A stretch of DNA of 64,000 bases from Felis catus. Taxonomy: Eukaryota. Below the pieces are notes generated by a model that did no database searches, was not told the origin of the DNA, and saw nothing but the letters and a program-made list of their open reading frames with translations. Of the stretch, positions 12,861 to 26,179 are shown one piece after another. Made by a program: the position numbers and the translations under genes. How positions within the stretch are numbered: position 1 is the first letter of the stretch; each line of letters begins with the position of its first letter. The DNA lies in contig NC_058368.1 in assembly GCF_018350175.1 (NCBI RefSeq), forward strand, positions 3,100,001 through 3,164,000. The letters are read 5' to 3'.

Positions 12861-13226
12861 GAAGAGAAAGAAGCTTTTAGCAATCTCTTCTGTTAAGAAA
12901 GGTACTGATTTTCATTAGGCTCTATCTGAGTAAGACAGATGAAAATATAATGACTCTTGAGCTGGGATTGAACGAGAGGCATATTGGGGAGCGCGGAAGC
13001 ACAAACATCTTCCTACTACACTTTTTAAAGTTTATTAAAGTAAATATTTGCACAGAAACCATGGTTCAGTAGCAGAGGCAGGAAGGGAATAAAGGAAACA
13101 CGTGAACATCAGATCTGGTGCCTGGTGGCCTCACGTGTTTCTAGACTTTCTAGAAATGTTTGCAGGCAATATGCCCAGGTGTGCCAGGGTATGGCTGTGT
13201 CTCCTTCATAGCATCTTTGATTCTCC

Positions 13227-13283
13227 CTTTCCTTCCTTCCTTCCTTCCTTCCTTCCTTCCTTCCTTCCTTCCTTCCTTCCTTC
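13227..13283. repeat. (TTCC)n microsatellite
   Basis: Seen directly. Confidence 0.97.
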
Positions 13284-14134
13284 ATCCGTCTGAAGCTGTT
13301 ACTGGGCACTTATTTATTAGGAGCTATATGAGGGCTCATATTCTTCCTCACCCACTCTTCCAACTGGGTCAGCAGGGTGCCTGTGGTGAGACCAGTACCA
13401 GGCTTCTGGGGGCCTCGTGTGGACCCCAGTGGGCAGACCTGGCCATAGAATTCGGCAAAGAATGAACAGAGAACCAAAGATAATGCCTAGTCACAAAAGC
13501 AGAGTCAAGACTCAAACACACGGTCCAAATCCAAAGATTCTGAGTAAATAGTTAAAACCAGATTCTAGCAAAGAGATCACGAGCAGGGACAGAAGAACAG
13601 TAGGAGACACTGGTTGAGAGGGGTTGAAGGAGTGAGGAGTGGTTGGTGCCTTCCATGGATGTGTTTTACTTCTATACTGTCTCTGCAGCCTGTTAAGGGC
13701 ATCAGAGTCCGTTTGGAAAGTGGGGAGAGACCAAAGTATATAATGAATGGTTTCTATCATCAAGGAGCCTTTGGTGTGGAAACATATTGCTTGTTGCTAG
13801 GGAGAAATCATCACATGTTAGAAAGATAATGACTAGATAGGGTCTAGCCGAGATAGAAATGATTATTAAGCCACAGGACACTCTTTATAGAGCATGCCTA
13901 TCACTACTCCATGCATACGTGTTGCTGTTTTCTCTTCTTTTTCTCACAGAGGCAACTCCTGGATCATCTCTCGAATTGTCCTGTGGTTGATCCACTTGGA
14001 GTGTTTTCAAAGCATAAATCATAGCATTGGATGGTGCTATGGCTTGGTTCTTCCAGCCCTCTTAACAAAGGAATCCGACTGATTCGGCAACAGTCCATTC
14101 ATATGTTCTGGCTTCTGCTATTATGGCAGCTGAA

Positions 14135-14152
14135 ACACACGCACACGCGCGT

Positions 14153-14189
<37 letters not shown>
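14135..14189. repeat. (CA)n microsatellite
   Basis: Seen directly. Confidence 0.97.
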
Positions 14190-14190
<1 letters not shown>

Positions 14191-14518
14191 GCTATGGCCC
14201 CGTTGTAGAGATCTGACCATCAGCTTGTCAGACAGACTGATTCCAAATTCTGAAATATGCCTCAGAAATATAGGAAAGGAGTTTTCATCACCACTGGGAG
14301 CTCATTAACAATGTGGAGAAGAGAGTCTTCTGGTTTAAATTATGCCTTTTCTACAAAAATTCTCCAGGTTATTTTTACACCCTGCAAGAACAATTAGAAA
14401 GTGGTTGGTGGTTAAAGATCAAACTGGAGAAGGAGAACACACCCTGTTTTGCACGTGCAAAATTAAAACTACCAGCCTCTACCAAATACATGTGCGCTTC
14501 TTTGGCGAAGATAGGTTT

Positions 14519-14562
14519 TGTATGTGTGTGCACACGGGTGTGTGTGTGTGTGTGTGTATGTA
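14519..14562. repeat. (TG)n microsatellite
   Basis: Seen directly. Confidence 0.95.
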
Positions 14563-14927
14563 TCATATAGTTTTGGCTTTCTTTCACAATAACAAAGATA
14601 TAGAAAATGGTGCCAAGGAGAATTGTCTGCTTTTTTCTTTACTTGCGATTAATTGAAACACATTTAAAAATTTTTTTCAAATGCAATAGCATGTGTGATG
14701 GATAATGACGGGTTCTTCTTGGATCACTCACTTTCGGTTCCAGGTTTTGACATTATTCTGCTAACTGGATTAGTTGTTAACTCCTGAGGGTGAAAGGCTC
14801 TTTGAAATTCCGATCAACTGTATGGACCCTCTTCCTAGAAAAACGTATGTACACGTACCTGAAAAATTGGCTCACCAGGATTTATAAAACTGGATCTCAT
14901 CCACAGAACCAGAACCTAGGTTGGGTC

Positions 14928-15110
14928 TGTAGTTCTCAGTCTGGTTCCCAGTCTAGAAGCATCAGCATCACTTGGGAGCTTGTTAGGAAGGCATATTTTT
15001 GGGTCCCACCCCAGAACCATTCAATCAGAAACTAGGGGTGGGCCTGGAAATTTATGTTTTAAAAGTGGGTGGGGGGCATACTGATGTATCTTGAAGTTTG
15101 AGGACTGCCG
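14928..15110. mobile_element. MER5A-like hAT-Charlie MITE
   Basis: agcatcagcatcacttgggagcttgttagg...cccaccccagaacc...aatcagaaact...ggggtgggcc...aagtttgaggactg. Confidence 0.85.
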
Positions 15111-15569
15111 GTACAGGAATATGTTGTTGGTGTTAGGAATCTGCTTCTTAACTGAGCTGGTGCTCCTAGAGTGTGAACCTCTTGCTTATCCCTGGGCTGT
15201 AACGTCAAATGGGTGAGGAAGAGAACACGTATTTCGGGGTGGATCAAAACTAAGTTACCCATTTCCTTTGACATCATCGCAGGCCATGGGGAATCAACTT
15301 CTGCCCCCATACAGAATGATGATCAGACTGAACATTCCTCATCTGCTTCTTGTTATGTGGACCCAACATAGTACCGAGCTCAAATAAGCTCTTAATTGTA
15401 GTTAACAAATTTGGCCTTTGTAGAGGTATGTGTACATGCATTCTTAAACTCCATGTAGCAAAAAAGCCATACTAAATTTAATTTGAAATGTATGGTTTTT
15501 CTAGTCTTGATATATGGGAACACCTTGAGAGTTTGTGACTGTTGGTCCCCAAAGAAGTACTTTTGGGAG

Positions 15570-15780
15570 AGTGAGGAAAGCACAGGAATTAGACTCTGAA
15601 GAGCTTGGCTTGAGCCAGCTTCATGGATTATAGTAGGTGTGCAAACTTGAGCAATTTGCTTAAGTTCCCTGAGCCTCAGTTTCCTTATCTGTAAAATGGA
15701 GCTAATATTCTCTACCTCATAGATATATTAGGAGGACCAAATTTAATGCACTGTCTAACACATAGTAGGTATTGCTCAAC
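15570..15780 (+). mobile_element. MIR
   Basis: Core ctgagcctcagtttccttatctgtaaaatggagctaata. Confidence 0.85.
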
Positions 15781-16324
15781 AACTATGTCTTCTTCGTCTT
15801 TCTCCATCTAGACTATTCTTCTCCCCTCTTCCCCCCCTTCTCTACAGCTAGCACACTATATCAATACTACTGACACGAGGAGTTAGTCCAGAATAAACTT
15901 CCCAATGTTAAATCAGCTTGCTATAATGCAATTTTAAGGGATATTTCTATTAGTATATCTTTAAAAGAAAATGAAGGCTGAACATCTGCTTTAGTGATTT
16001 TCTAGATTAGAAACAGTCCTCCTATATAAGTAGAGGTCTCAACTTTTGGCATCATGATATTACTGTAAAGAATATAAAACGGTTTAAAAGGCAGGAACTG
16101 GGGACTTTTGTCTTACTCTCATTTTGTAGAATAAACAGGACTAACTCATGCATCAGACATCATCTTTCAGTTGGAGCTGAAACCTTAGATCATTTATGCG
16201 CTTTGCTTCTATGAGAGCCCTTTCTGAAAATGGCTTTCGGATGGGACAAGGGAGAGGTTATCGGGTGACTTCTTAGAATGCTTTCAAACAACACATGTCT
16301 CTGAAACCCTAGGATAATGGACCA

Positions 16325-16495
16325 TCTTGCTGCTCAGTGCGTGTTCTACAGGGACCGTCAGTATGGGTCACACCTGGGAGTGGTTCAAAAATGCAGAATC
16401 TTAGGCCCATCGTCAAACCTACAAAACCATAATCTGCATTTTAACAAACTCCGCAAGAGATTTGTACTCATGTTAAAATTGAAGAAGTGCTCGTC
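16325..16495. mobile_element. MER5-family MITE
   Basis: cacctgggag...aaaatgcagaatcttaggccc...aatctgcattttaacaa. Confidence 0.8.
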
Positions 16496-17299
16496 TGGCA
16501 TTCTCTTTTGACACTGGGTGAGCTCATCGTGTCATTTCGCCCACTTGTGATAAATTAAGGAGAATCTTCCGAGGCTGTTTGAATGAGTCTTCCTTTGAAT
16601 GGAAGGAAAGAAAACCCAGATATTATTGAGCACTTCCTACAGCCTCTCGATGGACCTAAAATTTGAACTCAGGTCTCAGATCTTCTCATTAATTCGTATT
16701 ACTTAAGGCACATGAAGAGGCATGAGTTTGGAATTCACAAAACCTGGAAGATATACCGCTGAGCAAGAGTGTGGAGCAGGGTGTTGGTTTATGGTGTCCA
16801 TGCATCACCTTGTGCACTCTCTTTCCCATCCTCTAACCCCATGTTCCTCTTTCTTGTGTTTCATTCTTATCTGAGACTTCCCTGAGCAATGACAGTAGCA
16901 TATCAACCAAGGGAGTTGCCTTTGTTAGAGATTTTTATTATAGCCTTTTAAAAATGAAGTCCCCAAAGTCTTAAAACCCCAAACTGTGAGGTTCTAGGCA
17001 TCATAATGGATCGGGCTTTGGGGGTAAGGACCCTTGTCTTGAACTCTTTTAAAACATCCTGGGAAGGTGTTGATTGAATTGTACAGTCTGTTTAAAACCC
17101 AAGAACGATACTTTGTGTCAGAGATGTAAGGAAAGGCTGCCATATCCATGACACTTGAAGTCGAGTTTCTTCTTGGGTATACCATCTTGTAAGAGTTCCA
17201 TGAGCAGAAAGCTAGAGTGTACCCAAATTGGTAATGTAGCTGGTGCCCCCTGCTGGAAGAGGGCTGCTTAAATTTGCATCTTTGGGGGCATCTGTGCCA

Positions 17300-17510
17300 G
17301 AAGCCCTGTTCAGACACCGTTTGCCAACATAGCCTACGGGTATCTGGGTAAGTCATTTAATTAACCTCTCTGCTTCAGTTCTCTGACATGTAAGAGTGGG
17401 ATGACAATAGCAGCCAATCCTAAATTTCTTGTTGAAAGGTAGAATTAATTAGGGATGACAGTAAAATACTTTATGAAACCGGGTACTAAATAGTGATAAA
17501 TGTTTGAACA
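17300..17510 (+). mobile_element. MIR
   Basis: gggtaagtcatttaattaacctctctgcttcagttctctgacatgtaagagtgggatgacaatag. Confidence 0.75.
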
Positions 17511-17789
17511 TGCCTCCAGTATCCCTATGGCAGGAAAATGGCAACGCGATATGTGTTATTATTAAACCCAACGTTGCTAATTTTATTCTCACTACTTTCC
17601 GAGTTGAAATGCATACGTGCACCTCACGCATCCCAACTGATATTACGTAAGCTGAAGATTTTGACTGATGATGGGCGGTAGTGCACAGTTGTGGGTGAGG
17701 AAAGTGCTTCCAACGGAGAGACAGAATAACTCCAGCCAGTAAGAACATCTGTGTGTAACAGGCACATGACTTTGGAAATCTCTTCTTTT

Positions 17790-17960
17790 CTTCATTGAAG
17801 TAGAGTTGCAATACAATATCATATTAGTTTCAGGTATACAGCATCGTGATTTGAAGTTTATAGGCATTGCAAAATGATCACCCTAATACGTCTAGTTACC
17901 ACTGGTCACCAAATAAACTTGATGCAATATTATTGACTATATTTCCCATGATGTACTGTC
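17790..17960 (-). mobile_element. L1 3'-UTR end fragment
   Basis: ttgaagtagagttgcaatacaatatcatattagtttcaggtatacagcatcgtgatt. Confidence 0.75.
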
Positions 17961-18809
17961 TGGCATGGAAATCTCTTTTGATTTGTGCTCTTTAATGATT
18001 GGGCTCTTATGCCTTACCGTTAAAGTCAGAGTGCCATTCGAGTCCCAAAGAATGAATTCCACTTGAAGAAGAAAGGGAGTATGAAATTGAAAATGACCTC
18101 CCTAACACAAGAGAAAGAGTCCCCTCTCTCTCTGAGCAAGCAGCTGATGAGAAAAGGAAAAGAGAATGCGTTACGGCAAACGGTTCAAAAGGGGTGTTCT
18201 CTTTTCCATTCTTGAACGGGAACCCCAGTGGGGAGAGGCAGACGGATGTAGGGCAAATATCTAGGAACCTTCTGGAAGTGGTGGCTGTAGCTGGGAGGCT
18301 GCTTGACTCCAGGCGAAGCTACGCTCATTTTTTGCATCCAGCAACATGCACTCTCAGCAGAAGCACTGAGGCAAAACAGTCTTCTGGTTCCCATTGTCTG
18401 TGTATGGTGCGCTAGAGATGTTTAAAATCCCTTCGGAAAGTGGTGAAGGAAGGAATGATCCTGGGCTTGAGGCCAAAGGACGATGTGCGACAGGCGGCCG
18501 CGACCATCGGTCTCAGTAAGGAGAGCCATCACAGCGCCCAGTGTCATGGAACCAGGAGCATCACAGTGACTGTGGGCTGAGGGACGAGACCAGATCTCTT
18601 ACCCAGAGCAGAGACTTGAAAAAGTTACAGTTTTGTACAACCTTGCTCTCTGGGCGCTCATGCCACAGCAAGAATATGGAAAGTCCGCCCCCCAAATACC
18701 CAGATGTTGTCTAGGAGAGGAGCAAGAAGATATCCCGAACACTGAGGATTTACTTGAAAAAGCATTTAAATTATTGGAACAGACTGAAGTGAGCAGATTG
18801 AGCGATTAG

Positions 18810-19742
18810 ATACATTCCAGCAATTCTGTTTCTGGGCATTCACCTGAAAAGAAAACACTAACCCAAGAAGATATATGTACCCCCATGTTCATTGCAGTAC
18901 CTAAGGCATGGGGGCAACCTAAGTGTCCATGGATGGATGAATGGACAAGGAAGATGTGCCACACACATACAATGAAATTTTATTCAGCCATAAAAAAGAG
19001 TGAAATCTTGCCTTTTGCCACAACATGGATGGACCTTGAGGACATCATGCTAAATGAAATGAGTCAGACGGAGAAAGACAAGTACAGTATGGTGTCATCA
19101 GTATATGGAATTTAAAAACCAAACTATAGAAACAAAAATCAAGCTCACAGATACAGAGGGCAGATTGGTGATAATCTAGAGGTAGGGGCTGGTGGGGGTG
19201 GGGGGTGAGTGGCGAAGGTAGTCAAAAGGCACAAATTCCAGTTATAAAATAAGACATGAGGATATCATGTACAATGATGACTACAGTTGATAATATGGTA
19301 GTGTAGGGGCACCTGGGTGGCTCAGTTGATTGGGCGGCTGACTGCGGCTCAGGTCGTGATCTCGGGTCTGTGAGTTCGAGCCCCACGGCGGGCTCTGTGC
19401 TGACAGCTCGGAGCCTGGAGCCTGCTTCGGATTCTGTGTCTCTCTCTCTCTCTGCCCCTCCCCTGCTTGCACTCTGTCTCTCTCTCTCTCAAAAATAATA
19501 AACATTAAAAATTTTTTTTAAAAATAAAAAAATAATATTGTAGTGTATGTTTGAAAGTGGCTGAGGGAGTAAATCTTAAAAGTTCTCTCCATAAGAAAAA
19601 ATTATACCTAAGTGTGATGGATGTTACCTGAATTTGTTGTGGTTATCATTTCACAATGTGTACAAGTATCAAATCATTACGTTGCATGCCTGACACTAAT
19701 AAGTACGATGTTATATGTCAATTACATATCAATAAAAAAATA
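18810..19742 (+). mobile_element. 5'-truncated L1 (ORF2 end plus 3' UTR)
   Basis: ORF 18885-19115 MFIA...QPKCPWMDEW...SEILPFATTWMDLE resembles the L1 ORF2 C-terminus; ends aattacatatcaataaaaaaa. Confidence 0.93.
19306..19531 (+). mobile_element. CAN-SINE inserted in L1
   Basis: TSD ataatatggtagtgta / ataatattgtagtgta. Confidence 0.97.
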
Positions 19743-19779
19743 AGAGACAGGATCAAAATGTTTGCTGTGACTTAACATT

Positions 19780-20560
19780 TCTCTAGAGATATAAGCCAAT
19801 GCAGCCTGGGAAGAGAATGAAGTTAAAGAAATTAAAATTGGAAAAGGGGGAGGCACAATTTTGTTTACTGGCAGATTGCGTGATACCATATCTAGACAAA
19901 TCCTACAGAATTAACTGAAAAACTTTAGAACAATAGTGGGGGCATTTGGAACTAATATATAGAATATACACAGAATCTATACAGGAAAAGCAGCCCCAAT
20001 ATATGATATCATTGCAAAAGAGAAACCATCTTACGGTATATTTAATAAGAAATGTGCTAAAAGCAGCAAGATTTTATTTCTGGACTTCATTAGCCTGTTT
20101 CATTGATTTCTTTAATAATATTTGTGTCACTTTTAATCATTCTAGATCCAATAACGTATTTTAAAATTAGGTAAACCTGGTCCTGTCTAGATTTCCGTCA
20201 ATAGGAGACTTGCTTTCTTTAGTCTATACCATCTACTACTCTTCATCCATAAAAACCACCTTGGATATTTTTTAAGTAACGACGTAAAATTATTTCTTGT
20301 ATGTCCAGTGAAATAAACAAGGCACAGAAAGTTTTGCGCAGTTGTGCAAAAGCAGGCATAAAGTGTAGACACATATTTAGAATGAATAGGGTATCCCCGG
20401 AATGATTGGAAAAACAAATAAACAAACAAACAAACAAACTGGTAATGTGGCTTCCTCTGGGGAAAGGACTGGAAACTAGCAGACAGGGACAGGAGAAAGA
20501 CCCTGTTATTGTAAAAAGTTCTGTTTCTTTGGATTTACAAACCATACAGATATGTTACTT
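19780..20560 (+). mobile_element. Ancient L1 (L1M/L1ME-like) fragments
   Basis: ORF2 RT-like tttactggcagattgcgtgataccatatctagacaaatcct and a 3'-UTR-like piece near 20400-20560. Confidence 0.55.
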
Positions 20561-20652
20561 ATTCCAAACTAGGTAAATTTAACTTTGAAATATGATGATC
20601 ATCTCTACATAATAATCCTTTAAATCTATTTTTTTTTGTATTAGAAACTTTT

Positions 20653-20871
20653 TTTTTTAATTTTTTTTCAACGTTTATTTATTTTTGGGACAGAGAGAGA
20701 CAGAGCATGAACAGGGGAGGGGCAGAGAGAGAGGGAGACACAGAATCGGAAACAGGCTCCAGGCTCTGAGCCATCAGCCCAGAGCCCGACGCGGGGCTCG
20801 AACCCACGGACCACGAGATCGTGACCTGGCTGAAGTCGGACGCTTAACCGACTGCGCCACCCAGGCGCCCC
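20653..20871 (-). mobile_element. CAN-SINE (SINEC_Fc), young
   Basis: CpG-rich intact body; TSD tgtattagaaactttt / tgtattaaaaactttt. Confidence 0.97.
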
Positions 20872-21192
20872 TGTATTAAAAACTTTTCATTCATTAGGCT
20901 TCTTGTAGATACTGTTTGCTCTCATCCTACCCCTCCACCGCCCCCACCCCCAGGGAAATGACACAAGCACTGAAACACTCCAACAATGACTTTCCACAGC
21001 ACTCCCTTACATTTCGTCTTACTAAATTAAGTTTTACAATGATTCTGGCTTTGCCTTAGTTGAGTTATACACACATGTGATATTTACAATGAGCAACACA
21101 TAGTTTATCAGTTTGCAGTAAAGCAAAGGGAGCAATTGTGTGTCACCTTGTCCTTAATCAGAAATATCATCTCTCACCAATGGGTTTGTCAG

Positions 21193-21275
21193 GTTGAAAA
21201 AATCAAAGTCAATGTAAATCCCACATCTTCCTGCTCCGTATTCTCATCCTCGTCCTCTTGCTCTGTGAATCTTAG
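21193..21275 (+). other. Candidate exon
   Basis: tttgtcag|gttgaa...cttag|gtaagt (consensus donor); 83 nt. Confidence 0.25.
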
Positions 21276-21850
21276 GTAAGTGTGTTTGTAAACATTTTGC
21301 ACCATGTTAGTTTTTATATAATTGCTTTTCATGGTATAATCCCACAAAATCTCAAAACTTGTCCCTGTATCACTTGCACTGTGTTTCACCTCTGGTTATG
21401 GAATTATTAAGGGCAAAACTAGCTCTTTCGAAATTATGATTGATATGCTATTTTCTTCTGTGATTTCTTTCAAATGTCATTGGAATGCAATATATTCTTT
21501 TAATGAATAAGATTGCTACTATTCTCATGATACAGTATGTGAAATCTACAACGGAAAGTTAATATCACAATGCCTAAAACATTTGTTGAAGTTTTCACCC
21601 AATTATCAGGGAAATGTGGGTTTCAAATAACCTGTTAAGCCCTCAGATGCTCTGTTTTCTCCTTTGACCTGTTCCCCAAATTTAGATGTAACTTTTAAAC
21701 CATGAAAAGGATATTTTTAAATTTTAAGAGTTGTGATTTGTTGTTTATGCTGTTTCCTTTTGTATCCACTGTTGCCCTGTATCTCTCCATCCCCCATCCA
21801 CAAGCACTTCTTCAGCTTCCTTGACCCTACAAGAGTGTCTCACACCTCCG

Positions 21851-22650
21851 TAGTGGCGTAGACCCAGGTTGCAATGTGCCCTCTTTAGGGAAAAGAACAC
21901 AAAGATACAGAGTCAGTACAAAAGCAGATATTTGTTAACATAGAAATCGCACCCCAAAGTATACATTTAAAAAAGCTGACAAAAATTTTACAAACATCAT
22001 AAACACCAGAGAAATAGGATTGATTAATTGCCAAACACACCTTTATGCCATTTTATTTCCCTCCTAATTTTCTGACTTCTTGTTCTTTGACTTGTCACGT
22101 GGCAACTAATTTGAAAAAACAGGTTCTATTGAGAAAACAGGAAAACAAAAACGCAATTCAGTCTTTTTTTCTAGCATGGTTGACTGAAATAAATTAGAAT
22201 AGTTATTTCGAGTTTCCCAACACATCACTGGTCACACGTAAACTTTTTGGATTATTGTCAAATTTGAGTAACCTGCCTGGACTTTCTTTCCCACCAGAGC
22301 CGTCAGAGTGCAAGTTGTGCACCCACGGAAGTGGGATATTGTAAGTTTTCACCATATTTGTCAACGTCAGCAAGAAATTTAAATCTTCCCAAATGTTCAT
22401 AGGATTTACTCTCTTGTATTAGGTGAGATTATCCTACCGCCTTTCAAAAAGCTACTCATCAGTTCATTTTTCAAATCTCTCATCCTTTTAGTAAACTACA
22501 GCTTTTGGCAGGACCTGAATTGCTGTTGCTACAACTTGCTTCTCAATGTCATGGTAATTTCTGTTGATTTCCTTGCTAATTTGTGTCACTTTTGGTTTTC
22601 ATTTCGTTAATTTTTCTGAATTGCTCTCAGTTCTTTAATAATAAATTTAA
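21851..22650 (-). mobile_element. hAT (Tip100-like) DNA transposon relic
   Basis: Minus strand encodes a degenerate hAT dimerisation domain (SNLTIIQKVY...FQSTML...RLN...SIE, with a frameshift); hAT-like terminus tagtggcgtagacccagg. Confidence 0.7.
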
Positions 22651-22669
22651 AGATGACAAACGAAGGTAC

Positions 22670-23245
22670 CAGAAGGATCTGTAAAAAACACCATTCGGAT
22701 CATACGTCCTCTGCTTAAGATCCTTTAAGGCTTCCTATTTTAATTAGCATTAAGTTGGAAGCACATGGCCCTGCCTTCCTCTCGCCTCACCTCTGACCAC
22801 ACCTTCTCTCTGTTCCTCAGGCTCCAGCTCCTTCAACTCCCTTTGGGGCCTTGAACGTATTAAGTTTTGTCTGCATCCTGGTAGCACACCTCCTCTTTCC
22901 TATTCCTGGGACCTTCTGTCTTTAGATTTCTGTGTTGAAGACTCTTTCTCGTTTTTGTGGATCTGTTGAGTGAACTTTTCCTGGTCACTCTTTCTGAGCA
23001 AACCATTGGCTTCCTATCATTTCATTAAACATTTTATTCTTTGGATAACACTAATGGAATATCTTCTAAACCTCTCTTACTCATCTGTTGCTTAGATCAT
23101 GTGTTTCGCTGTTAATCGTCTGTCACCCTGGCTGGACAGCCGGTTTTTTGAAGACAAGGACCCCGTCTACTCACTGATTCTCCTCAGGACCATGCACAAG
23201 CCTGGGACAAGATAGGCAGCCGGTAAGTTGAACGAGTGTGTATGT
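22670..23245 (+). mobile_element. L2 3' portion
   Basis: ggatcatacgtcctctgcttaagatcctttaaggcttcc...gcacaagcctgggacaagataggcagc. Confidence 0.7.
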
Positions 23246-23579
23246 GATGAAGGGGTACTTCAGCCCAGGCAAACTTGGACAATTCTTCACGCAGAAACCT
23301 TTTGGAGATTCACACTGAATATTAGTGTTTTGAAGGTTCTGAGACTTTCTCAAATAAAGAAATTTGTGTCACTTGAAGAGTTTCATAAATGTATTTAACC
23401 ACAGAAGCTTTTTTTTTTGAAACATATTACCATCTAACATTTTGGAAATTTCATGTAAACCTTGATAATTAGAGAATTTTTTTAATGCAAAGGGAACTCG
23501 ATGCTATTTCAGAGTTACCAATGTAGGACTTGAGAGGGAAGGTATTGGATGATAGATAATTCCTTCCTAACTCTTACCT

Positions 23580-24250
23580 ATCCATTCGCTCATTCAACAA
23601 GCATTTCTTGAGTGCCTACTGTGTACGGTAATGATGTAATGCTCCAGAAACGCAATGATTGGCATGACAGTCACAATGTTTGCTCTTCAAGCCTGAGCAC
23701 GTAAGATGATGGTGTGAGTAGCACCTTGCTCCATAGGAGTAGTTTGAAGGAGCCCTTAACTCAGTCTTAGGGGTCTGGGAATCTAAGCCAAGGTCTGTAG
23801 GATCTTGCCTAGACATTTGCCAGAGGAAGATCTACAGAAGATCCCACCGAGCATTGAGAACGGCGTGTGCCCAGAGCTGGAAGCGGGACGCTCCGGAGCA
23901 TTTGCGGGGGGGGGGGGGGGAGGGAGGATTGAGAAAAGCCCCATATGGTTGAGCAGAGAGTGTGAGGGTGGGGGGGATTGATGAGAAATGAGGACAGAGA
24001 AGTAAGCGGTGGCCAGTTCACACAGAGGCGACCTGCAATCATTGATCTATCTCCTGGCCTACTAACCCGAATGTCAATTTATTTTGACTCGACATTTCTA
24101 TGGCTTTACCGTATCACTGGGCACTTAGTAAAAATTGGGCGCAGTGTTGTGAAATGGATGAAGTCAAAGAGGCTGAAGACCAGAAGAACCTTTCAGGACA
24201 TTGCCGTGGTGGGGGCGGGGGACATAGCTGCTCTTGGGTGTCTCGTGATG
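23580..24250 (-). mobile_element. L2 fragment
   Basis: Starts cattcgctcattcaacaagcatttcttgagtgcctactgtgt. Confidence 0.7.
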
Positions 24251-25744
24251 AACGACGAGTTCATGCACTACTTGCTAGCAAGCACCTTTCTGCGGCTGCC
24301 GGGAAAACACATCACAGAAATGATAGTAATTGCAGGCCTTTCTGGTGGAGCAAATGGCCAGAGTTACACTCTCAGGAAAAGGGCGCAGCCATCCCTGACA
24401 CAGTTGGGAATCTCTTTTCAGTGTTCGAGCAATTCCAAGTGTCAGCCTCATTTAACATTTCAGAGTGCGCGATGTGGAACAAGTGGTAAATGGCCGGGGG
24501 TGGGGGGAGCCTAAGAGGAGGAACGTGTAGATGCTGCACACTTGTTTCCACAGTCAGTGGCCAATAAATGATGTCTAGACTCTGTCCCTTGCTCCCATCT
24601 GGAGAGTTCTGCTGTTCTTACATAATAAATGAATCGAAGGAAAACAGTTATTGGTGGGAGAAACAGCAGGGCCTTCACATTTTGGCTCCCTTATGTTATG
24701 TTGCCAACAGGAAGGCAACTATTCGAACGGAGCCAATGAACACTTTACGAAAACTGCTTTCATCCCAGACTTTCTTACCTTCCCGACTAGCCAAGTCACT
24801 TTTGGGTAGCTCAACCCTTCTTGTTTTGGCCTGGGCCCAGGGCTTTCTTACACTCTGAGAATTCACATGTAGAATATTATATAAACTTTCTGTGAGTAGT
24901 TTCTTCAGAGCTTGAACCCAAAGAAATATGTAAACATTTTATTATCTCTTCATGGTGATTCCGTCTGCGTAAGCGAGCGTACTTTTCTAAGGGGAGGAAA
25001 AATACAGGTTTTGTTGGGGAGAGGGAGAGGTCAAGAAAGAGCTTGTCCCTTGTGAAACTGCTTCTATGAAGAAATAAAACAAGAAGGATGGTCTTGAAGA
25101 GAATGTCCGACTTCCTCCCCTGCGTTTGACAGCTCCTTACCATTTGGGTAAATCACATCTTTTTCTGTTTTATAGAGTTTTCTTTGTTGGCCAAACTCTT
25201 GCCTAAAACAACAACAAAAAAAGGCTATTTATTTCCTGAGTTCTTCATAAGAGAAAGGGCATTGTCAAAGCGTAAGGGCCCTGGGCCCCGGACAGGAACC
25301 TGGGTCTTCAGACTGGTCATATGGAGGCTCCTGGAGATTTCCACAGTGTTCTGTGCCTCCCTGGGGCTCCCATCTTCTGCATCTTCGCATGATCGGAAAG
25401 AGGGAAGCTGCGGGGGGTTGTTTTTGAGCTGGTGTGGCCCTGGCTCGGGTACCGTGCATCTGTGGTTGACCCTGGGCTCTTGAAGGTGCAGGTGGGAATG
25501 TATCTATAAGGTCAAGCACTGTGTTCAGGATTTAATTCTGTCAAACGACTACCTCTTCTTACACATCTATAACTGTTTATGTTGCTACTTTGGGGGCATG
25601 TGACCTAGTTTGATGGGGGATGACTTAAAAGCATAAAGCCCTTGTTTATTTTTGTTCAAGTCATGTGACAGCGGCACTCAAGATCCAATAACATAAGGCT
25701 TTGTGTCTAATTTGTATGTTTCTGCGTCTGTTTGTTTGTTTTAG

Positions 25745-25853
25745 GCTGTCATGAGTCTAGAACAGGAGAGCAGCTGTTACTAAGACTTACCTCGTCCTCC
25801 AAATTCTAGGTGTTTATGCTGCTATAGGTTTTCTGTACATTTAGCTGTTTGAG
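25745..25853 (+). other. Candidate non-coding exon
   Basis: Branch-like gtctaat, pyrimidine tract tttgtttgttttag| and donor gag|gtaagc; 109 nt. Confidence 0.3.
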
Positions 25854-26179
25854 GTAAGCATATTAACACTCTTGCATGTGTATTTTATAGAATGATCTCT
25901 AAAATCGTAGTGTTTTAATGAGGTTGACAACTATAATAATAAAACATGTTGTGATCTCAAGAGCAAGAGGAGTGTTTCGCTCGTTACTGAATTCCTAATG
26001 TTGAAGATGAAACTTGGTATTAGATAGAACTCAATAAAAAGACGTGGTTGCTGTTTTTCAGTCTGACTTAGCATAGATTCGCCAAGAATTTGACCCTGAG
26101 AGAAAGATTTGAATGCATGTAGTTGTGTGTGTGTGTTTGTTTGTTTGTTTGTTTGTTTTGTTTTGCTTTTTGAGGCGGG

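Noticed and set aside
19306..19390. tRNA-like A/B-box sequences
   Set aside because: Heads of tRNA-derived SINEs with (CT)n and A-tails, not tRNA genes
23978..24514. 178-aa ORF
   Set aside because: Starts within an L2 relic, has no recognisable homology, and an overlapping frame is also open
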